Source: Chloroflexota bacterium (GTDB lineage: Bacteria > Chloroflexota > UBA11872 > VXOZ01). Taken from it: a stretch of DNA of 64,000 nucleotides. Below are positions 60,546-64,000 of the stretch, piece after piece. Numbering within the stretch: position 1 is the first letter of the stretch; each line of letters opens with the position of its first letter. The position numbers were made by a program, and so were the translations under genes. The DNA lies in assembly GCA_964291655.2 (NCBI GenBank), contig OZ219801.1, positions 448,001-512,000 on the forward strand, in the 5' to 3' direction. Below the pieces are notes generated by a model. That model saw only the letters and a program-made list of their open reading frames with translations. It was not told where the DNA came from and searched no databases.

Positions 60546-60859
60546 GTCAAACCTTTTGTCCAGACTAACTGCGCAGGGGCTCGAGTGCTGCCTCCTGGAA
60601 CTGCATCGATTCTCTGCAATGCCAGGTCGACACACCCTGCTCTTGCGGTCTTCTGTACTGGGATTGATTCAATCCAATGATCAACCTGTGACTCAGAGTA
60701 GAGAGCGCTCTCGTCCTTCGCTTCAGGGGTAGATGCGGCGAACCAGTTCATTTGGGCCTAAGGCCACGCTTTGCCGTCGAAATTGCCCTCGATTCCACCC
60801 TGTGCTACTATGCGTGACAGCCTACAATAATAGCATGTTCAATGGAGTAAAGAGGCGTC

Positions 60860-61618
60860 ATGAGTACAGCAGATACCAGCGCGCAACCTGGAGCCAAAGC
60901 TGCCGGCCTGGCCATCATGGCGGGTATGGTTCTGACTCTCGTCGCATCACTGTTGTTTCCCGGGGGACCGATTATCGATTCCGTGGATCAAACGGACTTT
61001 CCGGCCGCCGCCGCCGCATTGGCTGCCAATCCTATTCTGGCGCATGCGATGACTCTTTTGGTGATCGTCGGCATGTTACTTTACAGCTATGGTTTCATTG
61101 AGCTATTGCGCCTTCGGGGGCAGGGAGCAGGTTTTGGGGTCTCGGTTCTGCGGTTTGGTCTAGTGACGAGCCTGTTCAGTTGGGGCGTATTCATCGTTGG
61201 TTTTGGCGTGAGGCATAGCGCTATATACCTCATGCAACAGGGCGTGAACGCCGGAGAAGGCACGGAACTGCAAGCAGAATTCGCAACCCTTGCCGTGTCC
61301 AGCCATATCACCATGATGGGAGTGCTGCTGGCATTTATGGTCGTAAATCCAATTGGGTCCGCTCTGGTTGGGTTTGGCCTCGCGGCGAGGTTTAGCAGCA
61401 TGAATATCTATAAGCTGGCCTCCTACGGGCTGGTAGTCATCGGACTAGCTGGCTTCATAAACATGGCACTAGCGCTGCTTCTCTCCGATCCGGACGTCGT
61501 GCTGCATCTCACGGTCAGCCAGCTCTTGCTGCTTGTTGGATCGGTCTGCCTATTTGTCATAGGCGCGGGATTGTACGGAGGCCAAAGCGAACTCGTTGCA
61601 GAAGGTTCCCCGAGTTAA
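60860..61618 (+). CDS. Hypothetical multi-pass membrane protein
   Basis: About 6 hydrophobic segments; GAGG RBS. Confidence 0.75.
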   Translation: MSTADTSAQPGAKAAGLAIMAGMVLTLVASLLFPGGPIIDSVDQTDFPAAAAALAANPILAHAMTLLVIVGMLLYSYGFIELLRLRGQGAGFGVSVLRFGLVTSLFSWGVFIVGFGVRHSAIYLMQQGVNAGEGTELQAEFATLAVSSHITMMGVLLAFMVVNPIGSALVGFGLAARFSSMNIYKLASYGLVVIGLAGFINMALALLLSDPDVVLHLTVSQLLLLVGSVCLFVIGAGLYGGQSELVAEGSPS

Positions 61619-61672
61619 ATTCGGTCGCCTCTCCGATTCAGCCGTATGCGCTTGCCAACAGAATCCGGTCTT

Positions 61673-61707
61673 GAATGCGGGCACCCTAGGGTGCCCGCAT
61701 TCTTTTT
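61673..61707 (+). terminator. Rho-independent terminator
   Basis: Perfect palindrome GAATGCGGGCACCC-TA-GGGTGCCCGCATTC followed by TTTTT. Confidence 0.75.
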
Positions 61708-62012
61708 GGAGCACAGCTCCCACTGCAGTGGCCGCTGTACGGTACAATTCAATCCACCTTGCTCCCGAGATTCTACTTGATGGCGCCTGTTGCCTACCAA
61801 CACATGCGAGTGATTCTGTCGCTTCCGCGGCATCTGCCAATTCCTTTGGCACGTCCGCTTAGCGATTCTGTGAAGTGATGTGCCGGCTGCCTCCTGTGAG
61901 AATTGTCAGTCTGAGAGCATACGGACAGACAAACCTGCTCATCTGCCCTCAGGCTCCAATGAGATCGGTCCCACCACTGCTGGCAGGCCAGTTAGACCCA
62001 CCACTCCCACAG

Positions 62013-62095
62013 GAGACCATTGTAAAACCCTAGCGGAAGCGAGCGAGTTCCCTCTCCCGGACGCTGCTGAGTGAGGGTCCATTGAATCGAGTCTC
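62013..62095. repeat. Composite MITE-like element copy
   Basis: GAGACCATTGTAAAACCCTAGCGGAAGCGAGCGAGTTCCCTCTCCC matches the 13929 copy. Confidence 0.65.
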
Positions 62096-62103
62096 TACGC
62101 AGC

Positions 62104-62145
62104 AAAGCTAGACCCCGCGCCGGGTGGTGGTTTAGCGCGGGGTCT
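62104..62145 (-). terminator. Hairpin, probable terminator for a minus-strand transcript
   Basis: 11-bp stem AGACCCCGCGC/GCGCGGGGTCT. Confidence 0.5.
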
Positions 62146-62688
62146 TGGGGATAGTGGATTGGGCGGAATGCTAAGTTAGTGATGCATCAGACATCCGTAA
62201 TGAGCGTTCATCCAAACGATCTCGGCGGCTGTCTTCGTGGTTCGACTTCCAGTTAAAGGCAGTACCTCGTCTGCGTCGATCCACTGCATGCCCAGACAGC
62301 ACAATTCGCATGGTTCTTTTCTATCAACACTTCATACAATTCATACTATCATTACAGTGTCCCAATTGTAGCATAGGTGTGTTATCCGTGCCAAGTCGAC
62401 TCTCCACTCGTGGATAGAGGCTGTCATTTGAACTACTATAATCATACCTGAGCTTGAGTCAACTTGAGGGCCGTTGTGGTACTTACAACTATGAAATCGC
62501 GGTGCAACAGACCTGGAATGCTTGAGCCGTAGACTGGAAACGCGATAATCGCTACCATAGCGTGGAATGTGTGCTGGGACATAGTTGAATTGCATAGAGC
62601 TGTTCAGTCTCTGTTAAAGATTGCGGCGGGTAGGCTTGCTCAACAAACGCGAGATTCGTAATTGGACGATTCAACTAGGAATGTGCCA

Positions 62689-63381
62689 ATGACTGCGGCT
62701 GGGCTGCTTGGCGCATTGGCAACTGCATCCTGCGGCGCGTACGGTGTCACCGTGGACCAGACCATAGTCTTCTGGAATGGCGCAGCAGAACGAATATTGG
62801 GCCATACATCCCGCGAAGTACTCGGTCGCCGATGCAACGAGGTCGTTGATGGACTGGCTCAGGGCGCCCTAACTCCGCAGTGCTTGAAGGGGTGTCCCTC
62901 AATTCGCTATTTGCGGTCCGGCTTGGTGCCCGCCACCTCGCGGCTGCGGGTGCTTTGCTCCACCGGCGAGCGCAAGTGGGTCAATGTAACGCCGATGGTG
63001 GTGGCCGGCATTCTCAAAGACGCGCCCCTGCTAGTCCACCTCTTCAATGAAGAAGGAGAAGCGGAAGAATTCACAGAGTCTCACGAAACACTGCGGAAAT
63101 CGCTGATAGCGGGTGGTGCTGACATCCTTTCGTACAATCCTCCCAACCCCGATCCTCCCCCATTGGCGCAAACTCTGACAAAACGCGAGCAAGAAGTGCT
63201 GCGCTTGGTCGCGCTTGGCTGGGACACGACAAGAATTGCCGGAGAGCTGGGAATTAGCCGGCACACGGTGCGCAACCACATCCGCAATCTGCGGCAGAAA
63301 CTCAAGGCAACCTCCAAGCTGGAAGCGGTGGTCACCGGCATTCGCCTCGGCATCCTGCCAGTCTGCGAACTTTCGCCATAA
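62689..63381 (+). CDS. PAS domain plus LuxR-type HTH transcriptional regulator
   Basis: IVFWNGAAERILG PAS motif; LTKREQEVL...IA.ELGIS.HTVRNH...KL. Confidence 0.92.
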   Translation: MTAAGLLGALATASCGAYGVTVDQTIVFWNGAAERILGHTSREVLGRRCNEVVDGLAQGALTPQCLKGCPSIRYLRSGLVPATSRLRVLCSTGERKWVNVTPMVVAGILKDAPLLVHLFNEEGEAEEFTESHETLRKSLIAGGADILSYNPPNPDPPPLAQTLTKREQEVLRLVALGWDTTRIAGELGISRHTVRNHIRNLRQKLKATSKLEAVVTGIRLGILPVCELSP

Positions 63382-63382
63382 T

Positions 63383-63448
63383 GGGCGCGGGCTATCACCC
63401 TTGAGGGCACAGGCTATCGCCCTTGAGGGCGCGGACTATCGCTCAAGG
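63383..63448. repeat. 22-bp tandem repeat (about 3 copies)
   Basis: GGGCGCGGGCTATCACCCTTGA / GGGCACAGGCTATCGCCCTTGA / GGGCGCGGACTATCGCTCAAGG. Confidence 0.7.
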
Positions 63449-63535
63449 GGACTTCGACTTCCGCAGAGAACTCAAGCCTCCAGAGACCTTTGCGTAACCC
63501 CGGCCGGATGCGCAAGAAATACTCCCTCTCCTTGG

Positions 63536-64000
63536 GAGGGTGTCTCAAAAATAGATCTACTGGATATATACTGGTGTGAAGAGAAGCAAGGTGAGGTGGT
63601 GGGATAGTTTGTAGAGAGGTAGTGACGATGCCGTTGAGACCGTTTAGTCGTGAACAGGCCTGGCTGTTGCCGCCGACGCTGGACGAACTGATCCCGGACG
63701 ACCATCCTGTCAGGTTTGCGGCAGCGTTCGTGGACAGCCTCGATGCTGCGGCCTGGGAGGCGATGGAGATTGACCTGCAAGGCGATCCGCGTGGCGCCGG
63801 GGCCTACCATCCGCGCGCGCTGCTGGGCGTATGGGTCTACGGCTTCATGACCGGCGTGCGCTCGAGCCGCAAGCTGGAGGCAGCCTGCCGGGATCAGGTA
63901 CCGTACCTGTGGCTGGTGGGGATGCAGCAGCCGGACCACAACACGCTGTGGCGCTTCTACAAGGCGCACCGCGACCGGATGCGGATGCTGCTCAAGCGCA
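63536..64000 (+). mobile_element. IS1182-family insertion sequence (left end; transposase from 63628, truncated by window edge)
   Basis: End sequence GAGGGTGTCTCAAAA; ORF MPLRPFSREQAWLLPPTLDELIPDDHPVRF...YHPRALL...GVRSSRKLE...PDHNTL.RF. Confidence 0.9.

Overview
A GC-rich bacterial chromosomal window, most likely from a Chloroflexota member and possibly a sponge or invertebrate symbiont. That assignment is inferred from the Tat-lipoprotein sugar-binding protein, the sulfatase, Gfo/Idh and enolase-family paralogues, and a secreted plant-type LRR protein. It carries core genes (carB, pyrK, gyrB, murT-gatD, darA, icd-like, rplU-rpmA, tRNA-Ala(CGC)), catabolic paralogues and a surface-polysaccharide cluster (35.2-44.4 kb). 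The most notable part is a ~9 kb integrase-less island between tRNA-Ala (48849) and a degenerate full-length copy of it (57810). The island holds a visibly lower-GC, translationally coupled four-gene operon: PRTase-like protein, ORC/CDC6-like AAA+ ATPase, conserved unknown protein and N6-adenine DNA methyltransferase with no nuclease. This looks like an uncharacterised anti-phage system. The island also holds an ion-channel gene fragment and a secreted 14xLRR-PQQ dehydrogenase fusion. Intergenic spaces are rich in REP/MITE-like palindromes. One palindrome family is the target of both an IS481-type MITE (5-bp duplication) and an IS1182, and another has inserted in frame into a glycosyltransferase gene. 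All calls come from reading motifs by eye; no searches were run.
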